In this document: positions 29,830 to 38,484 of the stretch, piece by piece
Numbering within the stretch: position 1 is the stretch's first letter
Layout: every line of letters begins with the position of its first letter
Assembly: GCA_963846575.1 (NCBI GenBank)
Contig: CAWJWJ010000002.1
Coordinates: 2,176,001 to 2,240,000, forward strand
DNA length: 64,000 nt
Direction: 5' to 3'
Origin: an uncultured Nitrospiraceae bacterium
GTDB taxonomy: Bacteria > Nitrospirota > Nitrospiria > Nitrospirales > Nitrospiraceae
Translations under genes and position numbers: made by a program
Notes under the pieces: generated by a model
The model's database searches: none
What the model was told of the DNA's origin: nothing
Seen by the model: only the letters and a program-made list of their open reading frames with translations

Positions 29830-30762
29830 TCAAATAGTCGAAGATGCGCTTTTAGCTGAAGCTACCTTTTCCCTAGGAACTTGAGAGCAGACGCTTTCGT
29901 CGTACATCTGGCTAATCGGGGGGAATACGTCTCGAATTGGCCCGAAGGAAAAATCCTGCATGAGACTGCCCAGCCTGCTTTCCGTTTTATCAAGGTTAAG
30001 ATAATGTCGCATTCGCGATACGAACGACCCCTCCATTCTGGGCTGCTCGGGATCGAATTCCCATGGGTGCATATACATCACCAGGGGAGAACCTTCTCCT
30101 TCAAGCTTGCGAAGGAGACGCTTTAAAACCATGTAGGGATACAGACGGAAATAACCGCCCCCAGCAACAGGTATTCGCAGCCCAAAATACTTAACCGTAG
30201 ATGGTGGCACCTCCCATAACATGCCAGACGCCGTCAGGAGCTGGTGAATTTCCGGCTTTGCTGACGGCACGCCATAGCGGTCATGAAAAATCGGAAAGAT
30301 GCTGGAGTCGTATTTATATCCTTCCTCCACAAGTATCTGAGTGGCCCACATCGTTTCCTGTGTAATCGAAAAGCTTGGTGCCCTGTACCCGAGAACCGGC
30401 TGCGACAGAATGTCCTCGAGTAAACCTTTGGCCTTCCTAACATCTTCACGGAAAGCAGCTGGGGGTAGAGCGGTTATGAGTTCGTGAGCGTATCCGTGCG
30501 AGGCTATTTCATGCCCACATGAGTCAATTCGGCGCACTAACGAAGGATATCGCTCTGCCACCCATCCAAGGACAAAAAAAGTGGCACAAACTCTACTCTC
30601 TGACAGCATCCCAAGCAGCTTTTCTGTATTAGCCTCTACTCGACTATCAAACTGGTCCCAGTGCCTCCTACGCATCGGGGACTCGAAAGCCGAGACTTGG
30701 AAATGTTCTTCCACATCAAACGACAAACAATGTTTCGGATTTTTACCAGCCATGAGACTCAC
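29830..30762 (-). CDS. XrtA/PEP-CTERM system polysaccharide deacetylase (CE4 + DUF3473)
   Basis: SFDVEEHFQVSAF, ATFFVLGWVAE, HEIASHGYAH, GYRAPSFSI, GGGYFRL, HPWEFDP. Alternative start ATG 30753. Confidence 0.93.
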   Translation of the reverse strand: MSLMAGKNPKHCLSFDVEEHFQVSAFESPMRRRHWDQFDSRVEANTEKLLGMLSESRVCATFFVLGWVAERYPSLVRRIDSCGHEIASHGYAHELITALPPAAFREDVRKAKGLLEDILSQPVLGYRAPSFSITQETMWATQILVEEGYKYDSSIFPIFHDRYGVPSAKPEIHQLLTASGMLWEVPPSTVKYFGLRIPVAGGGYFRLYPYMVLKRLLRKLEGEGSPLVMYMHPWEFDPEQPRMEGSFVSRMRHYLNLDKTESRLGSLMQDFSFGPIRDVFPPISQMYDESVCSQVPREKVASAKSASSTI

Positions 30763-31830
30763 TCAGCGGGCCCCTTCCCCCATTAACATGACCTTCACTG
30801 TATGAACCACAATTCGGAGATCGAGGGCCAAGGAGAGGTTTTTTACGTAGAAGAGGTCGTATTGGAGCTTTACGTGAGAATCCTCCTTGGATGCCCCGTA
30901 CCGGAACCGAGTTTGGGCCCAGCCGGTGATTCCAGGTCGGACAGTATGCCTTAGGTCATAGTATGGTATGGTATTTCTCAACTCCTGTACAAAGACAGGT
31001 CGTTCTGGCCGAGGACCGACCAAGCTCATTTCCCCCCTCATAACATTAATCAACTGCGGAAGTTCGTCCAATCTCCACTTTCGAATCCAGCGACCCACTC
31101 TGCTGACACGCGGATCCTCATTTGAAGCCCACCTTGCGCCGCTTTGCTCGGCATCCTGACGCATAGACCGAAACTTCCAAATCATATAGGGGCGGCCTCG
31201 CAATCCGACACGCATTTGCCTGTAGAAGACCGGACCCGAAGAATCTATCTTGATTACAATCGCCAAAAAGAGCACTACTGGCAAGAGTGCTAGTGTCCCC
31301 CCTACCGCAATCACAATATCGAGGAATCTTTTTAATAGCATCGTAACTACTCGCCGGCGAAACCCCGTCGAAAAAATAAGTGCACTGGGCTTGAGATGAT
31401 CAATTGAAAGACGTCCACTTTCTTCTTCATATAAGTAGTGTCCGTCGACTACGTCTCGGCCCATTGCTTTCATATCCAGTAGGGTTTGAACTGGCAATAC
31501 CGCCCGACGATCCTCAAGACAGACGGCCACGGTATGAACCTGGTATCGCTCCGCAATCTCGAACAATTGATCGTAAGTGCCTATAATACTAGGATTTACC
31601 AGGCGTTCTCCAACTCGACTCCCATCTTTATCAAGAAATCCAACGACTTCTGTAAACCCGGTCCGTTTCGACAAAAGAGTCTGGCAAAGGTCTCTGGCGA
31701 GGGGCCCGACGCCAAGAATCAATACCCGCCGTGTAAGCTTAGGAAAACTTACCGAGACCGAAACTAATGGCTGTTGGTCAGGAACGCTCTCTAGACCTAT
31801 TTCCTGTCCCGGTTTACTTGAGCTGTTCAT
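30763..31830 (-). CDS. priming sugar phosphotransferase (WcaJ/TIGR03013-like)
   Basis: KRFLD, GPVFYRQ.RVG, KFRSM, DPRV, LDELPQ, GPRPERP, RPGITGWAQ, KLQYDLFY. Confidence 0.93.
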   Translation of the reverse strand: MNSSSKPGQEIGLESVPDQQPLVSVSVSFPKLTRRVLILGVGPLARDLCQTLLSKRTGFTEVVGFLDKDGSRVGERLVNPSIIGTYDQLFEIAERYQVHTVAVCLEDRRAVLPVQTLLDMKAMGRDVVDGHYLYEEESGRLSIDHLKPSALIFSTGFRRRVVTMLLKRFLDIVIAVGGTLALLPVVLFLAIVIKIDSSGPVFYRQMRVGLRGRPYMIWKFRSMRQDAEQSGARWASNEDPRVSRVGRWIRKWRLDELPQLINVMRGEMSLVGPRPERPVFVQELRNTIPYYDLRHTVRPGITGWAQTRFRYGASKEDSHVKLQYDLFYVKNLSLALDLRIVVHTVKVMLMGEGAR

Positions 31831-34165
31831 GGTGAGCTTCGCGGTAATATTCCTGCTGCATATAATATGGCGTGGTATGAGCGTCTAAACCATTCAGAAT
31901 GATCCCCACATTGGCGCAATCACCGATAGCTTTCAGAGCCTTTTGGACAACATCCCGACCAGTCATACTCGCCTTCACAACATAGGCAAGCAGATCTGCC
32001 ATACTCGCCAATACCTGCATGTCTGCGAGCGGTAGCACCGGCGGAGCATCTATGATCACATAATCGAACTTCTCTTTTAACTCTGAGATTAAATCAGCCA
32101 ACTGATGCATCTTAGACAGTGCCAGGGGATTATCCCCGACACCCCCTGCGGTCAGAATCCATGGTCCTACCTCACCAAGTCGCTGCACACAGTCTTCAAC
32201 GACCTTGGTCCCACGCAGCACCTCTGCTAATCCCGGCTGCTGCCAAACGCCCGCATAGATGTGTTGCATGGGACGTTTCAGATCACAATCAATGACTATA
32301 GTTCTGCGATCAAGGTCCTTAGCTAAAACATAGCCCAAATTAAGTGCCGTCGAGGACTTTCCTTCTCCCATCACAGCGCTTGTCACAACTATTGCCGTGC
32401 TCTTGCGATCTCCGGTCATTAGCTCAAGCCGCGTGGCCGCAACACGATACTGCTCCGCCACAAATGAGAGCGGTCTCCACATGGACACTAGCTCGAGGCC
32501 CGGTGTTGGATTTTGAAGCTGGCCATTTTGTATTCTGTGTTTTCCGACCGTAATGGCAGGAAGCCCTCTCCTAGAATTTAAGTCTTCAGCTATTTCCCCG
32601 TGACCGGAAGGCAATAAAGGCGAGAGGCGATTTTTGCCCGACAGTGCCCGTACAGTCTGCATCGTTCCGCCAAATGCGCTCTCATACAGTGGAATGGAAG
32701 CAATAACGGGAAGGCCTAATGTAAGTTCAACCTCTTCGGCTGAGCGGAAACCTCGGCCCATAAGTTCAAGACCAACAGCTCCCCCAAAACCTAACGCGCA
32801 CCCTAACACAAGTCCTGCCACCATAATGAGCGGTATATTGGGAACGATCGGAACGACGGGGGTGTACGCTGGGTCCACGATGCTAAATTTTGCCCCCTTG
32901 CGACCCTGTGCCAAGCTCTTTTGCATTCCCGCACTTAGTTTCTTGTCTAGTAGCGATTGATAGTTCTTCTGAAGGTTTTCGTAGTCTCTTTCCAGAGTCT
33001 TCAGCTTTTGCTCTCGTTCCGGGGTATGCTCCACTCGTCGCTCATACTGCGAAATTTCTAAGGAGATATGCGCTTGATGGCGCTTAACTGCGTCCAATTC
33101 GAGAAGGATATCCTCTCTCTGTTTCAGCAACTCAGCATGATAAGGGTCAAGGGCCTTCCTTTTGGACCTCCTCGTTGCAGACGGTTCCTCACTAGCGTCG
33201 CTGTCCGGCAATAAATCACGATATTGGGCTGACGTCATCTCCTTGAGTTTTTTGATCTCTTCTTTGACTTGGACGAGATCTGGATACGTTTCCTTGTACA
33301 TTGAAGACAATTCCACCAAACGCCGCTCTAATTCCTTGATTCTTCCTAGGCGAGGATCCTTATTCCGCTTGAGAGATCCCCCACTGGGAGAATCATTAAT
33401 CTCCCCAGTCTCCTCGTAGTCCTTTATTGCTTTGTCAACTTGGCTCAAACGGTTCGCCAGATTCTGCGCCTGTTCGCTCTGTGATCTCCTGTCATCTTGA
33501 AGTCTGTCTAGCTTACGAAGATTGGCATCGATCTGCTGAGGGAGTTCACCCAAGTGTTGCTGCTTGAATTCCGAAATAATCTTTTCTTTGACCTCGAGTT
33601 CCGCCTTCGCGTGCTTAAGTTCCAACCCCAGAAAGTCCTCGGCAGCTTCTACTCCACGCTCCCGGTCCTTTAACGTTTCTTCAATAAATAAGTCGCTGAG
33701 TCTGGACGTTACGTCCCGAGCAATAATGGGATCTTCGTTAGAAAACGACAGGGTGATAAACAGTTTGTCCTTAGTGGGTTCAACCTTGATAGAGCCTCGC
33801 ATGGCGCGGATGGCATTCTCTGAATCGGCACCCTCAGGACGGTCCTTATCATAACCAAACAAGCCGAATTCTCCCGCAATCTGTCCCAGGGTTTTTCTCC
33901 CCATCACAAATTGCCGTACTTCCATAACACGGTCATCGAGAGTTGGGGCATATGCCCCACCCGCTGGATTGGGACCGCTCACAATTGATTCTTCTATCTT
34001 TGCACCCTCGAACCACATTTTTGTCGCAGATTGGTACACTTTGGGTACTAGTGCACACACCACGCCGGCAATGCTCAAGGAGACCAGTACTGCGGAAATT
34101 ACCAACCATTTGCGGCTGACAACTGCCCGCCAATAATCCTCTGGAGATAGCGTACGCATGTTCAT
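31814..34165 (-). CDS. wzc: polysaccharide co-polymerase fused to BY-kinase (Wzc/GumC-CapB)
   Basis: Two TM helices flanking coiled coils, AEQYR, Walker A GEGKSS, DCDLKRP, IIDAPP, C-terminal Tyr cluster YYMQQEYY. Start 34165 forms an ATGA overlap. Confidence 0.92.
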   Translation of the reverse strand: MNMRTLSPEDYWRAVVSRKWLVISAVLVSLSIAGVVCALVPKVYQSATKMWFEGAKIEESIVSGPNPAGGAYAPTLDDRVMEVRQFVMGRKTLGQIAGEFGLFGYDKDRPEGADSENAIRAMRGSIKVEPTKDKLFITLSFSNEDPIIARDVTSRLSDLFIEETLKDRERGVEAAEDFLGLELKHAKAELEVKEKIISEFKQQHLGELPQQIDANLRKLDRLQDDRRSQSEQAQNLANRLSQVDKAIKDYEETGEINDSPSGGSLKRNKDPRLGRIKELERRLVELSSMYKETYPDLVQVKEEIKKLKEMTSAQYRDLLPDSDASEEPSATRRSKRKALDPYHAELLKQREDILLELDAVKRHQAHISLEISQYERRVEHTPEREQKLKTLERDYENLQKNYQSLLDKKLSAGMQKSLAQGRKGAKFSIVDPAYTPVVPIVPNIPLIMVAGLVLGCALGFGGAVGLELMGRGFRSAEEVELTLGLPVIASIPLYESAFGGTMQTVRALSGKNRLSPLLPSGHGEIAEDLNSRRGLPAITVGKHRIQNGQLQNPTPGLELVSMWRPLSFVAEQYRVAATRLELMTGDRKSTAIVVTSAVMGEGKSSTALNLGYVLAKDLDRRTIVIDCDLKRPMQHIYAGVWQQPGLAEVLRGTKVVEDCVQRLGEVGPWILTAGGVGDNPLALSKMHQLADLISELKEKFDYVIIDAPPVLPLADMQVLASMADLLAYVVKASMTGRDVVQKALKAIGDCANVGIILNGLDAHTTPYYMQQEYYREAHHEQLK

Positions 34166-35745
34166 TTCTTTATCTCGACTCCGCCTGACCCAGGTTTGCC
34201 TAAACCGGAAGATGATCCCCCAGATGACCCTTCCCAAAAAGCACCAGAACGGAAAAAATCTCCACGCGGCGCGTACGCATATGTAAACGCTAGAAGGATT
34301 ACTTGCTTCGAGATCCCCAAATCCTGAACACCTGCAGAATTTGTTTGATTATCAAAATTAAGCCATTGGTGACTAAGCCTAGCCGTAAAGGTGGGTGTAA
34401 TGAGGTAGTTAAACGATACCGTCGTACCATACGTGGTGAAGGTCGTACCAATGCTGTCCGAAGTGTAACTACTGCGGGCATAATTCAAGAACGCCTGAGC
34501 AGTCAGTTTGTCTGTGATGCCAGCCGTGCTCCCTAAAGAAACTAAATGCGTATATATAGGTCCCGCTGATTGAACAAAACTTGGGTATACTCCGAGATTA
34601 TAAATGAGGCTCAATTGATAAGACCCAGGGGTTGCGATACCGCCCGGCATATTCATCCCAGCTAGTAGTGGAAGAAAGCTCCCCCCCCCGGATACCGCTC
34701 CTGAGATTTCTCGCATGTCGCTTCCTAGCTTCCTCAGAAATGACGAGCCTGAAGCATAAGTTATGTTAAAGCCACCGGTCGGAAAAATTGTGGCGGGAAT
34801 TCGTCGCTGCCCGCCATTGGCGGAGGAGTCGGGGATCGGTTCGATCAACGTAAGGCCACCATTAAGGCCAGAACTCAGCTCTTGGGTCCAGCTTCTTCCC
34901 CAACCTAATGTACCCCCATGTGTCGTATAATCGCCGAATTGCGCTTGGGAAGCCTGAGTAAATGTATACTTTACACTCAAGCTGTCAATTGCCGATATCC
35001 TCGAAGTTGGCCCCACGCTGATGGTGTGGGTGGTAGTATCGAAGACCGTACTTGACGGTTGTCCGCCAGCCGTAGCTGGTGGGGTAAATGCACCACCAAA
35101 ACTAAGCTGAGAGTATGTATATGCGGTTTGAAAGTCGGTAGTCGGAGAGAGTGAGTAAGAGTCCGTGAATCCAGCTTGATACATCGTGGTCCTAATTCGC
35201 TGAGTCAGAAGACCGGAATCAATAGGTCCAGCAATACTGAAACCACCGCTCCCAAAACCACCGCTCCCGACACCCCCGCCAAAGCCTCCCGCACCAAATG
35301 CCGATTGAGAAGGACTATACCTGTAGGCTCCAAATAGGCGAAATGCCTTCATTCGTGGCAAAACTCTGCTCACTGCCTGCGAAAGATCGATGCCAGCGGC
35401 AGCGTTAAACCCGACGTTATCAAGCTCCGAATTTCGTGCAAATTTTTGGATAACCGCCCCAACGGACAAATTTGTATTGATCAGCGTGTTACTCTGCGTG
35501 AAGTTTATCTGAGGAGTGAATGTCGAAATGAGATCATCGGCCTTTGTTCCTGTTGGAAGTTGTGACTTCGGAGCAAAGAACACATTTGTATCGTATTGCT
35601 CAATAATCGAGATTGATGGCACAATGCGTGTCTGTTGAGCAAAGCATTCAGCTCCGCTCCAGGTCGACGTAAGAGCCAGCGCCACAATCCACGTGCTAAT
35701 TCGGAAAAATTTCAAGAACCGGTCACGGCACAACAATGACGTCAC
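34162..35745 (-). CDS. outer-membrane beta-barrel protein of the polysaccharide export locus
   Basis: Signal peptide, then PSISIIEQYDTNVF and amphipathic beta strands rich in Y/T/S/G; lies between the wza genes and wzc. Start uncertain (about 35715-35745). Confidence 0.75.
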   Translation of the reverse strand: MTSLLCRDRFLKFFRISTWIVALALTSTWSGAECFAQQTRIVPSISIIEQYDTNVFFAPKSQLPTGTKADDLISTFTPQINFTQSNTLINTNLSVGAVIQKFARNSELDNVGFNAAAGIDLSQAVSRVLPRMKAFRLFGAYRYSPSQSAFGAGGFGGGVGSGGFGSGGFSIAGPIDSGLLTQRIRTTMYQAGFTDSYSLSPTTDFQTAYTYSQLSFGGAFTPPATAGGQPSSTVFDTTTHTISVGPTSRISAIDSLSVKYTFTQASQAQFGDYTTHGGTLGWGRSWTQELSSGLNGGLTLIEPIPDSSANGGQRRIPATIFPTGGFNITYASGSSFLRKLGSDMREISGAVSGGGSFLPLLAGMNMPGGIATPGSYQLSLIYNLGVYPSFVQSAGPIYTHLVSLGSTAGITDKLTAQAFLNYARSSYTSDSIGTTFTTYGTTVSFNYLITPTFTARLSHQWLNFDNQTNSAGVQDLGISKQVILLAFTYAYAPRGDFFRSGAFWEGSSGGSSSGLGKPGSGGVEIKK

Positions 35746-36346
35746 CAGCCTTGAGGAAGAAATTACCCTCCGAATTTTTCCCCTGAAGAATATCCTCATA
35801 TGGAACGGGGATCTGAACTTGCTTTGGCTGTCCTTGGCCATTAGGAACAACCCGAAGGACGTGGATCTTATTTCTTGATGCAAATGTGGTAAAGCCTCCT
35901 GCCAACGAAATGCCCTGCAAAACCGTGGCATACGACTTTAATGGAACTTTCCCCGGTTTTGAGACCTCTCCTAGCACATAGACATAATAACTATTAACCT
36001 CTTTCACCTGAACGGAGACGGTCGGATTCGACATGAATTCGGCTAGTCCATCTGCGATACGTTTGGCTAAAACATTAGATGTCATTCCAGCTGCCTGAAT
36101 ATCGCCGATCAATGGCATTGAGATCTTCCCATCAGGACGAATTATAACCTCCCGGGAAAGCTCTTGATTTCGCCATACGTTCACCACCAAGACATCTTCA
36201 GGACCCAACAAGAACTCATTTGGAGGGATGTATGTAACATTAAAATCGATCTGCTCGCTGCCAATCCAGCATCCCTGGAGCGCCAGCAGCAATCCTAGGA
36301 CAATACATACCCCCCCCCGTAACCTTCTGCAACCGAAAGTTTTCAA
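35723..36346 (-). CDS. wza: short polysaccharide export (Wza/OPX) lipoprotein
   Basis: Lipobox LQGC, LGPEDVL.V.VW, RPDGKISMPLIGD, VLGEVSKPG, GDVIVVP end. Confidence 0.9.
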   Translation of the reverse strand: MKTFGCRRLRGGVCIVLGLLLALQGCWIGSEQIDFNVTYIPPNEFLLGPEDVLVVNVWRNQELSREVIIRPDGKISMPLIGDIQAAGMTSNVLAKRIADGLAEFMSNPTVSVQVKEVNSYYVYVLGEVSKPGKVPLKSYATVLQGISLAGGFTTFASRNKIHVLRVVPNGQGQPKQVQIPVPYEDILQGKNSEGNFFLKAGDVIVVP

Positions 36347-36402
36347 TTCACCAACTCCTTTGATTCCACCTCGGAAAGTATCAAAAAAACCTTTATCACC
36401 GC

Positions 36403-37104
36403 CTATCTTGAGGGTAAGACAACCATAGTTTCGGAGGGCACAACGATCTGATCTCCCGGCTTTAACTCTATATTCTGATCTGACCCATCTCTCAAAACAA
36501 TGTCGTCATAACTTGCCTTTATCTTGTTTAGGCCTTCACCATCTTTTCCAAATCGAAACACAACAATCTTATTGCGCGCTGCAACCTGCGTAAAACCGTG
36601 CGCGATCGTAATTGCTTGCAACAAGGTTGTTTTACTCTTCAAAGGATACTTGCCTGGTGCGTTTACCTCGCCAAGAACATAAATTTGATAACTGTTCACT
36701 TCTTTAACAAGAATTGAAACTGTTGGGTTCTCCATATAAGACTTCAGACGTGCCGAGATCTCCTCGGTCAACTGAGCAGCTGTCCGGCCCACTGCCGAGA
36801 CGTCACCAATTAGCGGAAGAGAGATTCTGCCGTCAGGCCGAACTTGAACCTGTTTTGACAAATCGGCATTCTTCCAAACAGTGATTTCGAGAACGTCCTC
36901 AGGACCCATGATATAATCAGGCGTTACCGTGAGCGAAGACTTCTCAGCCCCTTCTACTCCGTGCCGGACCGCCGGTGGGTTAGCTCCTTGCGTAGATCCT
37001 GCCGCCAACACTATCATCGGTTCAGGAACTCTCTCCGTTGCGATCGCCTCATTTGTGAAGATCCCCGACCAAATACTTACCAGCAATAAAATCCTAACAT
37101 TCAT
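36403..37104 (-). CDS. wza: short polysaccharide export (Wza/OPX) protein, second copy
   Basis: Signal peptide, YIMGPEDVL, RPDGRISLPLIGD, VLGEVNAPG, LKPGDQIVVP. ATG 37104 has a GGGGA RBS. Confidence 0.9.
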   Translation of the reverse strand: MNVRILLLVSIWSGIFTNEAIATERVPEPMIVLAAGSTQGANPPAVRHGVEGAEKSSLTVTPDYIMGPEDVLEITVWKNADLSKQVQVRPDGRISLPLIGDVSAVGRTAAQLTEEISARLKSYMENPTVSILVKEVNSYQIYVLGEVNAPGKYPLKSKTTLLQAITIAHGFTQVAARNKIVVFRFGKDGEGLNKIKASYDDIVLRDGSDQNIELKPGDQIVVPSETMVVLPSR

Positions 37105-37147
37105 AGCTGATTCCCCCTGAAAGATTTCCAAGCCGTACCACTAATTA

Positions 37148-37163
37148 AGCACTTACCATGCCA
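37148..37163 (-). promoter_or_regulatory. sigma-54 (-24/-12) promoter of the polysaccharide operon
   Basis: Minus strand TGGCATGGTAAGTGCT (GG-N10-GC), about 45 bp upstream of the first gene. Confidence 0.7.
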
Positions 37164-37170
37164 AGGCTAT

Positions 37171-37480
37171 CTATTCCCTAGCAAGGAGAAATTTTAGACC
37201 AAGAAGAGATGACGCTTCACTTCCCGACGAGGCCAAAAGGCAATCATCTAGACCAGCCAACCTTTGCCAAGTTGGCCTTCCTGCCAATGGAATCCGCATT
37301 GAACCATTGATCCTCTTACTTGATCTAATATCGGCTCTTGCTCCATAAGAATCAACATTCCACCATTACAAAGATTCAGGGCGAGAGCCTCCCCGCAAAA
37401 GCTCTTTACCTTCGCTCCTATTAGAAAGTAACAACTCGTGAAGAATTTGGTCGAAGGCGCGCCATTCGTTCGGCATGCCT
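37171..37480 (-). pseudogene. degraded PilZ-domain gene
   Basis: Fragments across frames: GEALALNLCNGGMLILMEQEPILDQV / RINGSMRIPLAGRPT / LAKVGWSR*LPFG / LGLKFLL, resembling the PilZ (D/N)xSxxG strand, the V.W strand and the terminal GLxF. Confidence 0.6.
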
Positions 37481-37748
37481 CTGACCTGCTGGGATCATTG
37501 ACCGATCCCACCGTCCCTCGACCGAAATGCGCTCCTCACCATCATGGAGGTCAAGCGCGACCCTCACTTCTCCCCGTATCCATTTAATATTCGTGATTCT
37601 GGTCGTAAGAATGCCAGGATTCCGGTTGCCAACAGCTGATCGTTTCTCAGCCGAGCTCCCCTAAATACCAAGCTGTTCTTGTTCCTGAACAGACTAGAAG
37701 TATAGAGCCAATGAAGAAAACGAACAATACCAACCATGTACCACCATT

Positions 37749-37805
37749 TATCTCGGAAGTATAGTTTGACTACCTCGAAAGTATTATGTAGCATTACTAG
37801 TAATG
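37749..37805. promoter_or_regulatory. candidate regulator binding sites between the operon and the LuxR-type gene
   Basis: Imperfect direct repeats TATCTCGGAAGTATAG (37749-37764) and TACCTCGAAAGTATTA (37771-37786), 22 bp apart, plus the perfect palindrome CATTACTAGTAATG (37792-37805). Confidence 0.4.
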
Positions 37806-37872
37806 GTTAGATGTAGGTTACCAGAAATCAATCCAATGTCTACATAGATCAACATCCATACGGAGAACCCCC

Positions 37873-38484
37873 GTGGCTCAAAATGCAGTCAACCATCAGG
37901 ACCCCGCTGATAACATAGCTGATCAACGTACAGGCGCTGGCATCGTCGTCCTATCTTCGTCCATGCAGCTATTGCACATGAACCGGCAGGCTGCTGAACT
38001 TTCCAAACTTATAAATATGACGGAAAACGGCGGAACTCCCGCCAAAGCTGCCCATGGAGTACTCCCTGCCGCACTCACAGAACTCTGTGCAGAGCTACTA
38101 AAGGCACTCCAGGTTCGTACCGAAGCGAAGGATTGGGAACAGTTTGAGGTTAAACGAATTGCAGGAAATCCGAATCAACCCGTATTGCTTCGTGGGTTTG
38201 GACTTCCAGATCGGGAAGGCGTTCAGCATGCCCGCCTCGTCATAACACTGGAAGAACTCGGGCGCCGCCAACAGCTCAATACCGACCAAGCAAAGGAGCG
38301 CTTTCAGCTTACAAATCGAGAACAGTCGGTTGTGGAGAACCTTGCAAAAGGCTGGACCAATAAAGAAATAGCCAATGCACTCAAAATAACCGAACAAACT
38401 GTGAAGGAACATATTAAACACATCATGCGAAAAACAAATTCCACCACACGAACAGGAGTACTAGTTCAAGTGTTCCGCTCTTGA
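37873..38484 (+). CDS. LuxR-type C-terminal HTH transcriptional regulator
   Basis: LTNREQSVVENLAKGWTNKEIANALKITEQTVKEHIKHIMRK; GGAG RBS; non-receiver N-terminal domain. Confidence 0.92.
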   Translation: MAQNAVNHQDPADNIADQRTGAGIVVLSSSMQLLHMNRQAAELSKLINMTENGGTPAKAAHGVLPAALTELCAELLKALQVRTEAKDWEQFEVKRIAGNPNQPVLLRGFGLPDREGVQHARLVITLEELGRRQQLNTDQAKERFQLTNREQSVVENLAKGWTNKEIANALKITEQTVKEHIKHIMRKTNSTTRTGVLVQVFRS

